A DNA stretch of 64,000 bases from an uncultured Rhodospirillaceae bacterium (GTDB lineage: Bacteria > Pseudomonadota > Alphaproteobacteria > Rhodospirillales > UBA2165), in contig CAZNLR010000025.1 of assembly GCA_964574215.1 (NCBI GenBank), positions 1,818-65,817 of the forward strand, in the 5' to 3' direction. Both the position numbers and the translations under genes were made by a program. Below, in pieces: positions 43,344 through 55,226 of this stretch. A model generated the notes under the pieces. The model worked only from the letters and a program-made list of their open reading frames with translations. It ran no database searches and was not told the origin of the DNA. Each line of letters opens with the position of its first letter. Within the stretch, counting starts at the first letter, position 1.

Positions 43344-44735
43344 CTATACGTTGCTTAACCGATCCATGGTTTCTTCACGCCCCAGCACTTCGATAACTTC
43401 AAAGATACCGGGCGATGCCGTCGAACCGGTAAGTGCGGCTCTCAGCGGTTGGGCGATTTTACCCAGTTTGACGTCGGCGTCTTCTGCCGCCTGACGCGCC
43501 GTCGCTTCTATTTCATCCCGCGACCAGTCGCCAATTTCCGATAAGCGCGCCTTCACTATATGGACCATATTGGCCCCTTGTTCGTCAAGCATCTTTCGCG
43601 CTTTATTCGAGATGGAAATTGGGTGCTGTGCCGCATAAAATATAGAGTTATCAGCTAGTTCCACAATGTTATTCGCGCGTTCCTTTAAGCCAGGCATGCC
43701 TCTGGCCAGTCGGTCCAAAGCTTCATCGGCAAGGGCGCCATCCAACGTTTTTTCGATTAGCGGCAGAATCAGTTCGGCCAGTCGTGTATCTTCGGCCTGG
43801 CTGATATAGTGACCGTTTAGATTGGTTAATTTCGCCATATCAAACCGTGCCGCCCCTTTCCCAACAGCGTCCAGATCAAACCATTCGATGGCCTGTTCCC
43901 GGCTGATAATTTCGTCGTCGCCGTGGGACCAGCCCAATCGCAATAAATAGTTGTTAAGCGCTTCGGGCAAAAAGCCCATATCCCGATAGGCCTCAACACC
44001 CAAAGCGCCATGCCGTTTCGAAAGTTTAGCGCCATCGCTGCCGTGAAGCAGCGGCATATGAGCGAATTCAGGCAAATCCCATTCCAAGGCCCGGTAGATT
44101 TGAATTTGCCGGAAAGTGTTGGTCAGATGATCGTCACCGCGAATGACGTGACTGATATGCATATCGTGATCGTCGACGACAACGGCCAGCATATAGGTCG
44201 GCGTGCCGTCCGCCCTTAACAGGATCATATCGTCCAGCTGATTGTTGGCGACGGTTACTTCGCCTTGAATCTGGTCATTGATCGAGGTCTCACCCGCCAA
44301 TGGCGCCTTAATCCTGATGACCGGGTCGATGCCGTCGGGGGCCTCGGCCGGGCTGCGATCCCGCCACGTCCCGTCGTAAAGCCGGGTCGATCCGGCAGCG
44401 CGCGCCTTTTCACGCATTTCGGCCAGTTCTTCCGGTGAGCAATAGCAGTAGTATGCCTTACCCTCGTCCAGAAGCTGCCGGGCGATTTCCGTATGCCGGT
44501 GCCGACGGGAGAATTGTGATACGGCGTCACCGTCCCAATCCAGTCCCAGCCATTTCATCCCTCCATAGATGGCTTCAACCGCTTCATCGGTGGAGCGCTT
44601 GCGGTCGGTGTCTTCGATCCGTAGCAGGAATTTGCCACCATGATGTTTGGCGTATAACCAGTTGAAAAGGGCGGTCCTGGCCCCGCCAATGTGAAGAAAG
44701 CCTGTGGGTGAAGGCGCGAACCTGGTGACGACCAT
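43344..44735 (-). CDS. gltX: Glutamate--tRNA ligase
   Basis: [26 protein letters not shown]. Confidence 0.96.
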   Translation of the reverse strand: MVVTRFAPSPTGFLHIGGARTALFNWLYAKHHGGKFLLRIEDTDRKRSTDEAVEAIYGGMKWLGLDWDGDAVSQFSRRHRHTEIARQLLDEGKAYYCYCSPEELAEMREKARAAGSTRLYDGTWRDRSPAEAPDGIDPVIRIKAPLAGETSINDQIQGEVTVANNQLDDMILLRADGTPTYMLAVVVDDHDMHISHVIRGDDHLTNTFRQIQIYRALEWDLPEFAHMPLLHGSDGAKLSKRHGALGVEAYRDMGFLPEALNNYLLRLGWSHGDDEIISREQAIEWFDLDAVGKGAARFDMAKLTNLNGHYISQAEDTRLAELILPLIEKTLDGALADEALDRLARGMPGLKERANNIVELADNSIFYAAQHPISISNKARKMLDEQGANMVHIVKARLSEIGDWSRDEIEATARQAAEDADVKLGKIAQPLRAALTGSTASPGIFEVIEVLGREETMDRLSNV

Positions 44736-44903
44736 GAGCGATTGTACTCAACTTATTGATTTTATTGAATAAAATAACGGGAGACGGCAGTTTACTAGCT
44801 GCCATGTCCCCTGTCACGAATTAGTTCTTCAGTTGCGACCACAAGAGATTGGCCAAAATGATAGAAATAGTCTACAATTAAACTAGCAATACGAGAAATT
44901 CTT

Positions 44904-47030
44904 ATGATTCTGGCTGAGACGGGCAAAGAAATTCGCCAGGCAATACTGGCATGTGTGGATGCGGAGCAGGATCGCTGGTTTCATTGGGTGCCGGTGTTTA
45001 TCGGCGTTGGAATTGGCTGCTATTTTACTTTGAAGGAAGAGCCTCCCCTTTGGCTGGGTGCGGCGATAATGCTGCCATTGATACTGGCTTTCCGTTATCT
45101 CCGACGCAACAATATCTCGTTCGTTCTGGTTATTGCGATGGCGTCTCTAGGCTTGGGTTTTACGGCGGCTCAATGGCGGACGATATCCGTTGAACATCCT
45201 GTGCTGGCGAAACGAATAGGACCGGTTTCGGCGTCCGGACAAATTGTCCGTGTCGAGGCGCTTCCCAAAGCTGTGCGGGTTACGCTTCGAAAATCCCGCT
45301 TAACGGGCGTGGCGCTCCCGGTGACGCCTGACCTGATACGTCTGACCCTTCGCGGTAAACAGCCGCCATTGATGGCGGGAGTCTGGATACAAGTCAGGGC
45401 GGTTCTGACGCCACCGCCGCCGCCGGCCATGCCCGGCAGTTTCGATTTCCAGCGACGGTTTTATTTCATGGAAATCGGCGCCACCGGATTTGCCATGGGG
45501 CGGGCTAAGATACTGAAGTCACGAGAAAATTTCGGTTTTAGCAGCAGGCTAACTCTATGGATCGACAATTTACGGCAGAAAATAGGAGAAAATGTTAGAA
45601 ACCACCTGCCGGGGAATACTGGAACGGTGGCGGCAGCGCTTATGACCGGAGACCGAAGTTCCATCCCCAAAGGAATCCTGGATGCCGTCAGGGATTCGGG
45701 TCTCGCTCATCTGCTGGCCATATCGGGCCTCCATATCGGACTGATTGCCGGGTTGCTGTTATTCTCGATCCGCGCTTGTCTAGCGCTTGTTCCGTCGTTG
45801 GCGTTGTCGTACCCGATCAAAAAGTGGGCGGCTGCGGCGGCCATTATCGGGAGTTTCTGCTACGCCATCATTGCCGGCGCCACCATTCCAACCCAGCGGG
45901 CGTTTTTAATGATCAGTCTGGTGTTGCTGGCGGTTATGACGGACCGACGGGGAATATCCATGCGTTCGGTGGCTTTGGCGGCGACAATTATTTTATTGAT
46001 CAAACCCGAAAGCTTGCTGGGCGCCAGTTTTCAACTGTCATTTGCGGCCGTCGTGGCGCTGATTGCGGTTTATGAGACTTTGCAAAATAGAGTTGGAACT
46101 GGCGACCGGGAAGGCTGGTTCAGAAAACCGGTCCGTTACTTGGGCGGAATCGCCTTGACCACCTTTGTGGCCGGAATGGCAACGGCGCCTTTTACGCTGT
46201 TTCATTTTAACCAAATTGCCCAGTTTGGCCTTTTCGCCAATGTCATTGCTGTTCCGATCACGGCTTTACTGATCATGCCATGCGCGGTTCTGGCTTTTGT
46301 CTTAATGCCGATCGGTCTGGAGGTGATTGGATTGGCGCCGATGGAAATCGGCATTGCAGGCGTTATTTTTGTCGCCCAGTCGGTTGCCGGATGGGGTGGG
46401 GCGGTTGTGTCAGCTCCGGCAATGTCCATGGTAGGCGTGTCGGCGATCGCTCTCGGCGGTCTGTGGCTTTGCCTGTGGCGGCAAACTTGGCGGTATGGCG
46501 GGGGCATAGCCATCGTTATTGGCCTGCTCACGGTATTTTTTCACCAGGCCCCGGATATTTTGATCGACGACAAGGGTAAATTGTTCGCGGTGACGGGTAA
46601 ATCCGGCCATTTGATTCTATCGTCCCGGCGCCGCTCGTCCTTTGCCGGCGATGTGTGGTTGCGCCGGATTGGGCAAAATACATCCGAAAAACCTCGATTT
46701 CCCAAAGCCGGGTATTCAGCGGACGGTCTGATATCCTGTGATATTGTCGGCTGCATCTATCGGAAAAGCGGCAGAATAATAGCCCTGGTGACGGATCCCC
46801 GCGCGCTGTTTGACGATTGCCGTAACGCTGACATCATCGTCAGTGCCGTTCCCGTCAGGCGGCGCTGCCCGTCTGCAACAAGGGTGATCGACAAATTCGA
46901 TTTGTGGCTTAACGGCGCCCATGCCGTATGGTTGAGTGATGGCGGCGTTCGGGTAAAAAGCGTTAATGATCTTCGAGGATCGCGCCCCTGGGTGCATCAA
47001 AAAACGCCTAAAGGATCTAGTACTTTCTGA
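44904..47030 (+). CDS. comEC: ComEC/Rec2 competence protein
   Basis: [24 protein letters not shown]; multiple TM segments; usual gltX-comEC-lexA context. Confidence 0.9.
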   Translation: MILAETGKEIRQAILACVDAEQDRWFHWVPVFIGVGIGCYFTLKEEPPLWLGAAIMLPLILAFRYLRRNNISFVLVIAMASLGLGFTAAQWRTISVEHPVLAKRIGPVSASGQIVRVEALPKAVRVTLRKSRLTGVALPVTPDLIRLTLRGKQPPLMAGVWIQVRAVLTPPPPPAMPGSFDFQRRFYFMEIGATGFAMGRAKILKSRENFGFSSRLTLWIDNLRQKIGENVRNHLPGNTGTVAAALMTGDRSSIPKGILDAVRDSGLAHLLAISGLHIGLIAGLLLFSIRACLALVPSLALSYPIKKWAAAAAIIGSFCYAIIAGATIPTQRAFLMISLVLLAVMTDRRGISMRSVALAATIILLIKPESLLGASFQLSFAAVVALIAVYETLQNRVGTGDREGWFRKPVRYLGGIALTTFVAGMATAPFTLFHFNQIAQFGLFANVIAVPITALLIMPCAVLAFVLMPIGLEVIGLAPMEIGIAGVIFVAQSVAGWGGAVVSAPAMSMVGVSAIALGGLWLCLWRQTWRYGGGIAIVIGLLTVFFHQAPDILIDDKGKLFAVTGKSGHLILSSRRRSSFAGDVWLRRIGQNTSEKPRFPKAGYSADGLISCDIVGCIYRKSGRIIALVTDPRALFDDCRNADIIVSAVPVRRRCPSATRVIDKFDLWLNGAHAVWLSDGGVRVKSVNDLRGSRPWVHQKTPKGSSTF

Positions 47031-47718
47031 TCAGTCCAACCAGCCGGCCTTGAACATTGATGCGATCCGGGCCGAATATGCGGGTTTCGTAGTCTTTGTT
47101 GGCGGGTTCCAAAGCGACCGTATTGCCTTTTTTGTGCAGACGCTTCAGCGTTACTTCGCCGTCGTCCACCAACGCAACGACAATTTCCCCGTTCTCGGCC
47201 GTATCGCAGCGTTGGATTAGTACCGTGTCGCCGTCGTGGATGCCGGCCTCAATCATCGAATCGCCTTCAATTTCAAGGGCATAGTGTTCACCGCGGCCAA
47301 TCAGACCGTCCGGAACGCCAACGTGCTGCGAATGATCGCGTAAGGCTTCGATGGGGGTGCCGGCAGCGATTTTGCCCAAAAGCGGCAGATCGATGATATC
47401 GTTGGCGGCAGTAGCCGCCTCCTGGGCCGGTAATTTGAAATCGCCTTTGATCACATTGGGCGAGAACGGACTATCGGCCTGTGCCGGGGGCATTTGCTGT
47501 TTGTTTTCAGGCAGTTTCAAAACTTCCAGCGCCCGGGCCCGGTGGGGAAGTCGGCGAATAAAACCCCGTTCTTCAAGGCCGGTAATCAGCCGGTGAATGC
47601 CGGATTTGGACTTCAAATCCAAGGCGTCCTTCATTTCGTCAAAAGAGGGAGAGACACCGGTTTCGTTGAGCCGGCTATCGATGAACATCAAAAGCTGATA
47701 TTGCTTCTTGGTTAACAT
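47017..47718 (-). CDS. lexA: SOS repressor LexA
   Basis: [26 protein letters not shown] cleavage site, GDSM and TLKR catalytic residues. Confidence 0.97.
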   Translation of the reverse strand: MLTKKQYQLLMFIDSRLNETGVSPSFDEMKDALDLKSKSGIHRLITGLEERGFIRRLPHRARALEVLKLPENKQQMPPAQADSPFSPNVIKGDFKLPAQEAATAANDIIDLPLLGKIAAGTPIEALRDHSQHVGVPDGLIGRGEHYALEIEGDSMIEAGIHDGDTVLIQRCDTAENGEIVVALVDDGEVTLKRLHKKGNTVALEPANKDYETRIFGPDRINVQGRLVGLIRKY

Positions 47719-47808
47719 GAAATCCCCTTAACTTTTTATCGCCGTATCCTGAAAATTTTTGTCTGAATCACAATCTGGACGGTGATTTCAGTTAGGATAC
47801 TATATATA

Positions 47809-47848
47809 GAACAAAACAAAAACGTTCACACATGTTCTAGTTTAGTTC
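47809..47848. promoter_or_regulatory. Alphaproteobacterial LexA boxes upstream of lexA
   Basis: GTTC-TAGTTTA-GTTC at 47834-47848 (perfect) and GAAC-N7-AAAC at 47809-47823. Confidence 0.8.
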
Positions 47849-47918
47849 TTTTTCGCGGTCAAGAGGGAGAATTGTAAAAATTTGAACTTTTTACGAAAAA
47901 ATTCGTCCGGAATAGAAT

Positions 47919-49121
47919 TCAGCCCTTATCGAGGCGTAGAATCTCGACCCGGTCACCGGCTTTGGCCTGCTCGGCGAATGGAGGACGGATAACCAGGCAT
48001 TGGGCCCGGGCGAACAGGGCCAGCATGGAACTGTCCTGGCCGGTAAAGGGGGTCACCGTCAATTCACCGGCTTCGCCGATTCCCAGTTCCGACCGCAGAT
48101 AGTCCTGGCGCTGATCGTTTTCTTTGAGATCGCTGGTTAAAATCGCCGTTTCTTTGCGATTTTCCAAATTTTCGGCTCCCAGCATGACATCCATGGCCGC
48201 TGTCAGGAACAGGGCGGCGGTCACTCCGGCCGAGACGGGGTTTCCGGGCAGGCCCAGCATGGGCGTATTATAAATATTACCGAAAATCAGCGGTTTTCCG
48301 GGGCGCATGGCGACGCGGCCGAAGGTAATATCCAGCCCTTCTTCACCCAGGACGTCCTTGATAAGATCGTAATCGCCGACCGAGGCGCCGCCGATGGTGA
48401 CCAGCATATCCGTTCCCTTGACGCCGGCCAGCATGTTTTTGAGCGTTTCGGCGTCGTCTTCGGCAATACCGAGATTAACCGGAATACCGCCACGGGCGCG
48501 GACCAAAGCAGCGATTCCCAGGCTATTCGAGCTGATGATTTGGTTCGGCCCCACCGGTTCGCCCGGCATAACCAGTTCGTTGCCGGTGGCGAGAATAGCT
48601 ACTTTGGGTCGTCGTATGACCTTGAGCCACGGTACATTCATGGCGGCGGCGAGAGCGATATCCCGGGAATTCAGAAGTGCCCCCGTCTTTAAAAGAACGT
48701 CGCCTTCCGTGAAGTCGAGACCGGCCGGGCGGATATACCGGCCTGCGATGGGATTTTCCTTCATGGTGATCTGATCGCCATCGGCGTCCGTATCTTCCTG
48801 AATAACCACAGCATCGACGCCTTTGGGCAGGGGGGCGCCGGTAAAAATACGTGATGTCTGTCCGGGGCCGACGACACCGTCAAAACCATCGCCGGCGGCC
48901 GATTCGCCGATTTGGGTCAGGGTTACGGGAACGTCGGCCACATCTTCCGCCCGCACGGCATAGCCGTCCATGGAGGATACCGCCACGGGTGGCTGGGTAA
49001 TCCGGGAGGCGACATCTTCGGCCAGAACTCGCCCGATGGCTTCGGCGACACTGACGACCTCGGCGCTCAAACGGGAAACGCCGGCCAGGACATTGGTCAT
49101 GGCTTCGTCGACCGATATCAT
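47919..49121 (-). CDS. moeA: Molybdopterin molybdenumtransferase
   Basis: SMDGYAV, RIFTGAPLP, TGNEL, GGASVGDYD, MRPGKP, LPGNPVS; alternative start at 49142. Confidence 0.95.
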   Translation of the reverse strand: MISVDEAMTNVLAGVSRLSAEVVSVAEAIGRVLAEDVASRITQPPVAVSSMDGYAVRAEDVADVPVTLTQIGESAAGDGFDGVVGPGQTSRIFTGAPLPKGVDAVVIQEDTDADGDQITMKENPIAGRYIRPAGLDFTEGDVLLKTGALLNSRDIALAAAMNVPWLKVIRRPKVAILATGNELVMPGEPVGPNQIISSNSLGIAALVRARGGIPVNLGIAEDDAETLKNMLAGVKGTDMLVTIGGASVGDYDLIKDVLGEEGLDITFGRVAMRPGKPLIFGNIYNTPMLGLPGNPVSAGVTAALFLTAAMDVMLGAENLENRKETAILTSDLKENDQRQDYLRSELGIGEAGELTVTPFTGQDSSMLALFARAQCLVIRPPFAEQAKAGDRVEILRLDKG

Positions 49122-49125
49122 GCCT

Positions 49126-49608
49126 TTAGTTGTCTCGGGCATCGAACTCTCCCGATTTGCCGCCCGCTTTGTGAATCAGGCGTATATCGGATAGGCGCAT
49201 GCCGCGATCAACCGCTTTGCACATATCGTAAATAGTCAGCGCCGCGACAGAAACCGCCGTCAGAGCCTCCATTTCGACACCTGTCTTACCCTTTAGTTTA
49301 CAGGTCGCCTCAATATCGACGGCGTTGCGGCCGGGATCGCAGATCAATTCGACCTTGACCGATGACAGGTTCAAAGGGTGGCAGAGGGGGATAAGGTCGG
49401 GCGTTCTTTTGGCGCCCATGATCCCGGCCAACTGGGCGACCGACAGGACATCGCCTTTTTTAACGCCCTTGTCACTGATCAGTTTCAGGGTTTCCGGTTC
49501 CATATAAACGGACCCGGAGGCCGTTGCCGTCCGCTCGGTCATATCTTTTTCAGAGACGTCGACCATGACGGCGTTTCCCTCGGCGTCGAGATGGGTAAGT
49601 TTACTCAT
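49126..49608 (-). CDS. moaC: Cyclic pyranopterin monophosphate synthase
   Basis: [36 protein letters not shown]. Confidence 0.96.
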   Translation of the reverse strand: MSKLTHLDAEGNAVMVDVSEKDMTERTATASGSVYMEPETLKLISDKGVKKGDVLSVAQLAGIMGAKRTPDLIPLCHPLNLSSVKVELICDPGRNAVDIEATCKLKGKTGVEMEALTAVSVAALTIYDMCKAVDRGMRLSDIRLIHKAGGKSGEFDARDN

Positions 49609-49613
49609 GGTAA

Positions 49614-50432
49614 TTAAGCGTGCGCTCTTTCAGTTGTTTCATTCAGACCCAGTAATTGCCGGGTCGCCGCCGCAACGTCGTTTTGGCGCATGAGAGATTC
49701 CCCCACCAGAAAACAAGTCACGCCGACGTCGGCCATTCTTTTCAAATCATCGTGGCTGTAAAGCCCCGATTCGCTGACCAGTAAAGTATCCCGGCCCGCC
49801 AAAGGTGCAAGACTTTCCGTGACATTCAAATCAACTTCCAGGGTTTTCAGGTTGCGGTTGTTGACGCCCAAAAGCTGCGGCGACAAATTTAACGCGCGTT
49901 CCATTTCCTCTTCGTTGTGCACTTCGTTCAACGTGTCCATCCCCAGATCTTCCGCCGTCTGCTTTAATTCCATAGCCAAATAGTCGTCCAAAACCGCCAT
50001 GATCAAAAGAATGCAATCGGCGCCGAGGGCGCGGGATTCGACGATCTGGTAGGGATCGATCATGAAATCTTTGCGCAGGACCGGCAGGTCGACAGCGTTT
50101 CTGGCCGCCACCAAATAGTCGTCACGACCTTGGAAGTAAGGTTCATCGGTGAGGACCGAGAGGCAGGCGGCGCCACCGGAAGAATAGGCTTCGGCCAATT
50201 TGGGCGGATCGAAGTCTTCCCGGATCAAACCTTTGGAGGGAGAGGCTTTTTTAATTTCCGCAATCAGCCCGAAACCGGCGCCATCCCGCGCCGTTTTCAG
50301 GCGTTGGATGAAGCCGCGTGGCGGTTTAGATTTTTCCGCTTTTTTAATGAGTTGCGCTTCCGTCACTTGCCCTTTGCGGGATTCCACGTGCAGCCGGGTC
50401 TTGGCGCAAATCTCCTGCAAGACGTCACTCAA
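49614..50432 (-). CDS. trpC: Indole-3-glycerol phosphate synthase
   Basis: [35 protein letters not shown]. Confidence 0.96.
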   Translation of the reverse strand: MSDVLQEICAKTRLHVESRKGQVTEAQLIKKAEKSKPPRGFIQRLKTARDGAGFGLIAEIKKASPSKGLIREDFDPPKLAEAYSSGGAACLSVLTDEPYFQGRDDYLVAARNAVDLPVLRKDFMIDPYQIVESRALGADCILLIMAVLDDYLAMELKQTAEDLGMDTLNEVHNEEEMERALNLSPQLLGVNNRNLKTLEVDLNVTESLAPLAGRDTLLVSESGLYSHDDLKRMADVGVTCFLVGESLMRQNDVAAATRQLLGLNETTERAHA

Positions 50433-51472
50433 TCGGGCTCTCCGGTATCTTCGTTGGTGATCGCGATCATTGTTTCGAGGGCTTTCTTGGCATCGCCCGA
50501 ATCAATGGCGTTGGCTGCCATGGCGGCCCCGTCCTTTAGGTTTTCGACTTTGTCGCCAACGATCAACGCCGCGGCGGCATTGAACAAAACGACGTCCCGA
50601 TAGGCGCCTGGTGCACCATCCATCAGGTCCCGGATCGCTTGGGCGTTGGTTTCCGCATCACCGCCTTTTAAGTCCTTGGGCTTGGCGATGGCAAGTCCTG
50701 CCTCTTCCGGACTGACCTCGAAGGTCGATACTTTGCCGTCTTTTAGTTCTGCGACATAGGAGGGGCCGGTGGTGGTTAGTTCATCGGTGCCGTCCGACCC
50801 GTGCATAACCCAGGCCCGCTCGCTCCCCAATTTCCCCAGGGTTTCGGCAATGGGCTCGATCCAGTCCTTGGAGAAAACGCCGGTGAGTTGCCGTTTCACA
50901 CCCGACGGATTGCAGATCGGACCCAAAAGATTGAACAACGTGCGGGTCGCCAGTTCGACGCGGGGACCGGCCACGTGGCGCATGGCGCTGTGATGACGGG
51001 GGGCCATCATAAAACCAATGCCGGCCTCTGTCATGGACCGGGCGATAAGGGAAAAATCGGCATCCGTATTAATGCCTAGCGCCGTCAAGGCATCCGCCGC
51101 ACCGGATTTCGATGACAAGGCCCGGTTGCCGTGCTTGGCGACAGGTATGCCGCAGGCGGCCACAACAATTGCCGCGCCGGTGGAGATGTTAAAGGTGCCG
51201 GAACCGTCGCCGCCGGTACCAACCACGTCCATGGCGCCTTTGGGTGCCTCGATATAGGCGGCTTTGGCCCGCATGGCCCGGGCGGCGCCGGTAATTTCGG
51301 CGACCGTCTCGCCCCGTACCCTCAGCGCCATCAAGAAGCCGCCGATTTGCGATGGCGTGGCGTCGCCGTTCATGATGATCTGGAACGCTTTTTCCGCCTC
51401 GGTTTCATCCAGGGCATTGCCGTCGGCCACTTTGGCGATAAAGCCTTTCATTTCCTGTAAGTCGTTGCTCAT
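50429..51472 (-). CDS. trpD: Anthranilate phosphoribosyltransferase
   Basis: GTGGDG..TFNIST, KHGNRALSSKSGAAD. Confidence 0.96.
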   Translation of the reverse strand: MSNDLQEMKGFIAKVADGNALDETEAEKAFQIIMNGDATPSQIGGFLMALRVRGETVAEITGAARAMRAKAAYIEAPKGAMDVVGTGGDGSGTFNISTGAAIVVAACGIPVAKHGNRALSSKSGAADALTALGINTDADFSLIARSMTEAGIGFMMAPRHHSAMRHVAGPRVELATRTLFNLLGPICNPSGVKRQLTGVFSKDWIEPIAETLGKLGSERAWVMHGSDGTDELTTTGPSYVAELKDGKVSTFEVSPEEAGLAIAKPKDLKGGDAETNAQAIRDLMDGAPGAYRDVVLFNAAAALIVGDKVENLKDGAAMAANAIDSGDAKKALETMIAITNEDTGEPD

Positions 51473-51484
51473 GCCCCGTTTATC

Positions 51485-52057
51485 CTATGTTGGAATTTGA
51501 TCGAGAAAGTTTTTTAGCAAACGATGGCCATGTTCCGAAGCGATACTTTCGGGATGGAACTGAACACCGGACATTTGATGATCCCGATGGGCAATGGCCA
51601 TAATCAGCCCATCGTCGGTTTTTGCCGTGATCTCGATTTCATCCGGCCAACCGCCCGGATCCAGCATGAGCGAGTGATAGCGCGTCGCATCGAAAGGATC
51701 GGGCAGGCCCAAGAACATATCGTGGGCGGTGTGATTAATTTTACTGACCTTACCGTGCATCGGTTGGGGCGCTCGGACCACACGGGCGCCGAACACTTGT
51801 CCGATGGTCTGGAAGCCGAGACAAACGCCAAACACGGGAATCGATCCCGCCGCTTTTTCCACCAGATCTAGGCAAATACCCGCTTTGTCAGGATCGCAGG
51901 GACCCGGTGAAATCAGGATTGCACTGGGATGCATGTCCATTGCCTCAGCCGCCGTTAAGGCATCATTTCGCCTCACCTCAACCTCCGCACCCAATTCGCC
52001 CAGATAGTGCCAGAGGTTGTAAGTAAAGCTGTCGTAATTATCAATTAATAACAACAT
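51485..52057 (-). CDS. trpG: Anthranilate synthase component II (glutamine amidotransferase)
   Basis: IDNYDSFTYN, SPGPC, GVCLG, RYHSL, VQFHPES. Confidence 0.93.
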   Translation of the reverse strand: MLLLIDNYDSFTYNLWHYLGELGAEVEVRRNDALTAAEAMDMHPSAILISPGPCDPDKAGICLDLVEKAAGSIPVFGVCLGFQTIGQVFGARVVRAPQPMHGKVSKINHTAHDMFLGLPDPFDATRYHSLMLDPGGWPDEIEITAKTDDGLIMAIAHRDHQMSGVQFHPESIASEHGHRLLKNFLDQIPT

Positions 52058-52198
52058 ATCAAGCCGTTGTAATAATATTCTAAAGTTTTAATTTAAAACA
52101 AAATGACGTCCAAAGGTAAGCGGACGCCACAATGCAAGGGGTTAGGGTCATCGTCAAGCGTTGGAATTATATCGGGCAATTTTTTTCCACACTTGCAC

Positions 52199-52229
52199 TT
52201 GACCTTCCATTGACTGGAAAGTCCATATA
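52199..52229 (+). promoter_or_regulatory. CueR-type promoter/operator of copA
   Basis: TTGACC -35; ACCTTCC-N7-GGAAAGT dyad at 52202-52222; -10-like CATATA at 19-bp spacing. Confidence 0.8.
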
Positions 52230-52265
52230 AACATTCTATCTTAGTGGAAGGTTAGGATTGCCCCA

Positions 52266-54728
52266 ATGGATGCGATGGAAAATACCGCGAGTGATAAAAC
52301 CGCCAAAGACCCTGTTTGCGGCATGATGGTCGACCCGGACAAGACGGAACATTCGGTTCCGTTCGAAGGCGACGATTACTATTTTTGCTGCAATGGATGC
52401 GCCACTAAATTCGGTGCCGACCCCATAGGCTATCTGACCACTACCGATCCGGTTTGCGGCATGACGGTGGATATTCGCAAAAAAGCCGAAAATAACTTCG
52501 AACACGACGGTAAAACATATTTTTTCTGCTGCCAGGGGTGTGTGACAAAATTCAGCCTGGATCCGGAAAATTATCTTGATCCGTCGCCGGTTGACGAAGA
52601 AGAGGGCGATCCCAACGCCTTATATATTTGTCCCATGTGCCCGGAAGTGGAGAACATCGGTCCCGGCGCCTGTCCGAGCTGCGGCATGGCATTGGAGCCC
52701 GCCGATCCCTTGGCGTCGTTAAAATCGACCGCCAATCCGGAACTGGAGGACATGACCCGCCGGTTCTGGCTGTCGCTGTCTGTCGCTTTGCCGACGTTAA
52801 TACTGGCCATGGGCGACCTGATACCGGGTCAGCCTATTCAAACGATCATCAGCGACAATGTCAGCGTCTGGCTGCAATTTATTCTGGCGACGCCTGCCGT
52901 TTTATGGGCAGGATTTCCGTTTTTCGAACGCGCCTGGGTGTCAATCGTCAGCCGCAATCTTAATATGTTTACGTTGATTGGGATTGGCGTGGGTGTTGCC
53001 TATATCTACAGCGTTTTTGCCGTATTGGCGCCGGAACTGTTTCCGCCGTCATTTAAAACCGAGAGTGGGGTCATCGCCGTCTATTTCGAGGCGGCGGCGG
53101 TCATCGTCACCTTGGTCATGTTGGGTCAGGTACTTGAACTGAAAGCCCGTGCGGAAACCGGCGGTGCGCTGCGGGCGCTGCTGGATTTGTCGCCCAAAAC
53201 GGCCCGCCTGATATCCGATGACGGTATGGAAAAGGATGTGCCACTGGAAAACGTCAAGGTGGGCGATCTTCTGCGCGTGCGCCCGGGTGAGGCCGTCCCC
53301 GTGGATGGCGTTGTTTCCGACGGGGCCAGCACGGTCGACGAATCCATGATTACCGGTGAAGCCATTCCCGTTACCAAAAATGTAGAGGATACGGTGACGG
53401 GCGGCACGCTCAATCAAACCGGCAGTTTCGCCATGACAGCCGAGCATGTGGGATCGGAAACCCTGCTGGCGCAAATCGTCGGGCTGGTGGCCGAAGCCCA
53501 ACGCAGCCGGGCGCCGGTACAACGTATCGCCGACCAGGTCTCCGGTTATTTTGTCCCGGTGGTCGTCGGGTCGGCCGTAATTACCTTTATCATCTGGGCC
53601 TGGGTCGGCCCGGAACCCCGTATGTCCTTCGCCCTTTTAAATGCGGTCGCCGTGCTGATCATCGCTTGTCCTTGCGCCTTGGGATTGGCGACCCCCATGT
53701 CGATCATGGTTGGCACCGGGCGGGGCGCCAATGCCGGCGTTCTGATCCGTAGCGCCGAGGCTTTAGAGCGGATGGAAAAAATAGATACGTTGATCGTTGA
53801 TAAGACCGGCACTCTGACGGAGGGAAAACCAAAAGTCGTCGGCATCCATGCCGAAAACGGTTTTGATGAAAGTGACGTGCTGGAATTTGCCGCCAGTTTG
53901 GAAAAAACCAGCGAACATCCCTTGGCACAGGCAGTCATCACCGCCGCCGAAGAGAAAATGCTTCCATTGAAAGATGTCGACAACTTCGAATCCGTACCGG
54001 GTAAAGGCGTGCAGGGGCATCTTGGCGGCCGCCATATTGCCGTTGGAAACCAAGCCATGTTCGAGGGCAGGGACAATCAGATTTCAGGCCTGCCCGTTGA
54101 CCTGGCGTCCAGGGGACACACGGTGATTTACCTACTCGTGGACAATAAATTGGCTGGCTACCTTCTCGTTGCCGATCAGATCAAGCCGACCACCCGGCAG
54201 GCGATCGAAAAGCTTCGCACCGCCGGTATCGAGATCATCATGGCGACGGGAGATTCGCGAGAGGCTGCCGGTTCGGTTGCCGCCGAACTGGGCATAGATC
54301 GGTATGAAGCAGCCGTATTGCCCGACCGCAAAGGAGCATTGGTTAAGGAGATACAAAGTGAAGGCCGGGTCGTGGCCATGGCCGGTGACGGTGTCAATGA
54401 TGCGCCGGCTTTGGCCCAGGCGGATATCGGCATCGCCATGGGGACGGGCGCCGATATCGCCATGCAAAGCGCTGAGGTAACCTTGGTGAAGGGTGATTTA
54501 AACGGCATATTGCGGGCGCGTAGCCTCAGCGTTGCGACCATGAAAAACATTCGGCAAAATCTCTTTTTCGCCTTTTTTTACAACAGTATAGGCGTTCCCA
54601 TTGCCGCCGGTGTTCTATATCCGTTTTTCGGTTTGCTGCTGAGCCCGATGATCGCCAGCGCCGCAATGAGTATGAGTTCCGTATCCGTCATCGGCAATGC
54701 GTTGCGCCTCAGAAATACACGACTTTAA
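52266..54728 (+). CDS. copA: Cu(I)/Ag(I)-translocating P1B-type ATPase with two YHS-like domains and a Cys-rich metal-binding domain
   Basis: DPVCGM..YFCC twice, YICPMC..CPSCGM, TGE, CPC, DKTGT, GDGVND, YN and MxxSS. Confidence 0.9.
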   Translation: MDAMENTASDKTAKDPVCGMMVDPDKTEHSVPFEGDDYYFCCNGCATKFGADPIGYLTTTDPVCGMTVDIRKKAENNFEHDGKTYFFCCQGCVTKFSLDPENYLDPSPVDEEEGDPNALYICPMCPEVENIGPGACPSCGMALEPADPLASLKSTANPELEDMTRRFWLSLSVALPTLILAMGDLIPGQPIQTIISDNVSVWLQFILATPAVLWAGFPFFERAWVSIVSRNLNMFTLIGIGVGVAYIYSVFAVLAPELFPPSFKTESGVIAVYFEAAAVIVTLVMLGQVLELKARAETGGALRALLDLSPKTARLISDDGMEKDVPLENVKVGDLLRVRPGEAVPVDGVVSDGASTVDESMITGEAIPVTKNVEDTVTGGTLNQTGSFAMTAEHVGSETLLAQIVGLVAEAQRSRAPVQRIADQVSGYFVPVVVGSAVITFIIWAWVGPEPRMSFALLNAVAVLIIACPCALGLATPMSIMVGTGRGANAGVLIRSAEALERMEKIDTLIVDKTGTLTEGKPKVVGIHAENGFDESDVLEFAASLEKTSEHPLAQAVITAAEEKMLPLKDVDNFESVPGKGVQGHLGGRHIAVGNQAMFEGRDNQISGLPVDLASRGHTVIYLLVDNKLAGYLLVADQIKPTTRQAIEKLRTAGIEIIMATGDSREAAGSVAAELGIDRYEAAVLPDRKGALVKEIQSEGRVVAMAGDGVNDAPALAQADIGIAMGTGADIAMQSAEVTLVKGDLNGILRARSLSVATMKNIRQNLFFAFFYNSIGVPIAAGVLYPFFGLLLSPMIASAAMSMSSVSVIGNALRLRNTRL

Positions 54729-54761
54729 CTTCAAAAACAGTTTTTTTGTTGGGGAACCGAA

Positions 54762-55169
54762 ATGAATATTGGAAAAGCATCAGAGTTGAGTGGCGTTCGG
54801 GCTAAGACCATCCGCTATTATGAAAGTATCGGTTTGATCCCTGAACCGCCAAGAAGGGAAAGTGGATACCGCGACTATGGATTGCCTGATATCGAAACAT
54901 TGAAATTCGTGCAAAGGGCCCGGAATCTGGGATTTACCATTAAGGACGTGAGTGATCTCTTGAATTTGTGGAACGACAAAAACCGCGCCAGTTCGCGGGT
55001 GAAGGAACTGACGCAGCGTCATATCCAGGAAATCGAAGGCCGAATTGATGAATTGGAAAGCATGCGGCGAACCTTGATCGACCTCTCCAACAAATGCCAC
55101 GGAGATGACCGGCCCGACTGCCCGATCCTCGATGATTTGGCCTCAAGCTTAAACGGTAATAGAGCGTAA
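54762..55169 (+). CDS. cueR: Cu(I)-responsive MerR-family regulator
   Basis: IRYYESIGLI HTH; CHGDDRPDCPIL metal-binding loop. Confidence 0.93.
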   Translation: MNIGKASELSGVRAKTIRYYESIGLIPEPPRRESGYRDYGLPDIETLKFVQRARNLGFTIKDVSDLLNLWNDKNRASSRVKELTQRHIQEIEGRIDELESMRRTLIDLSNKCHGDDRPDCPILDDLASSLNGNRA

Positions 55170-55226
55170 ATGATTTTTGCGTAGGTTCCGAACTTGAAGT
55201 CACGCCTGTTTTAGGGTGCTGTTAGT

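Noticed and set aside
47017-47030. 14-bp convergent overlap of comEC and lexA
   Set aside because: A common arrangement at this locus; nothing suggests a special function.
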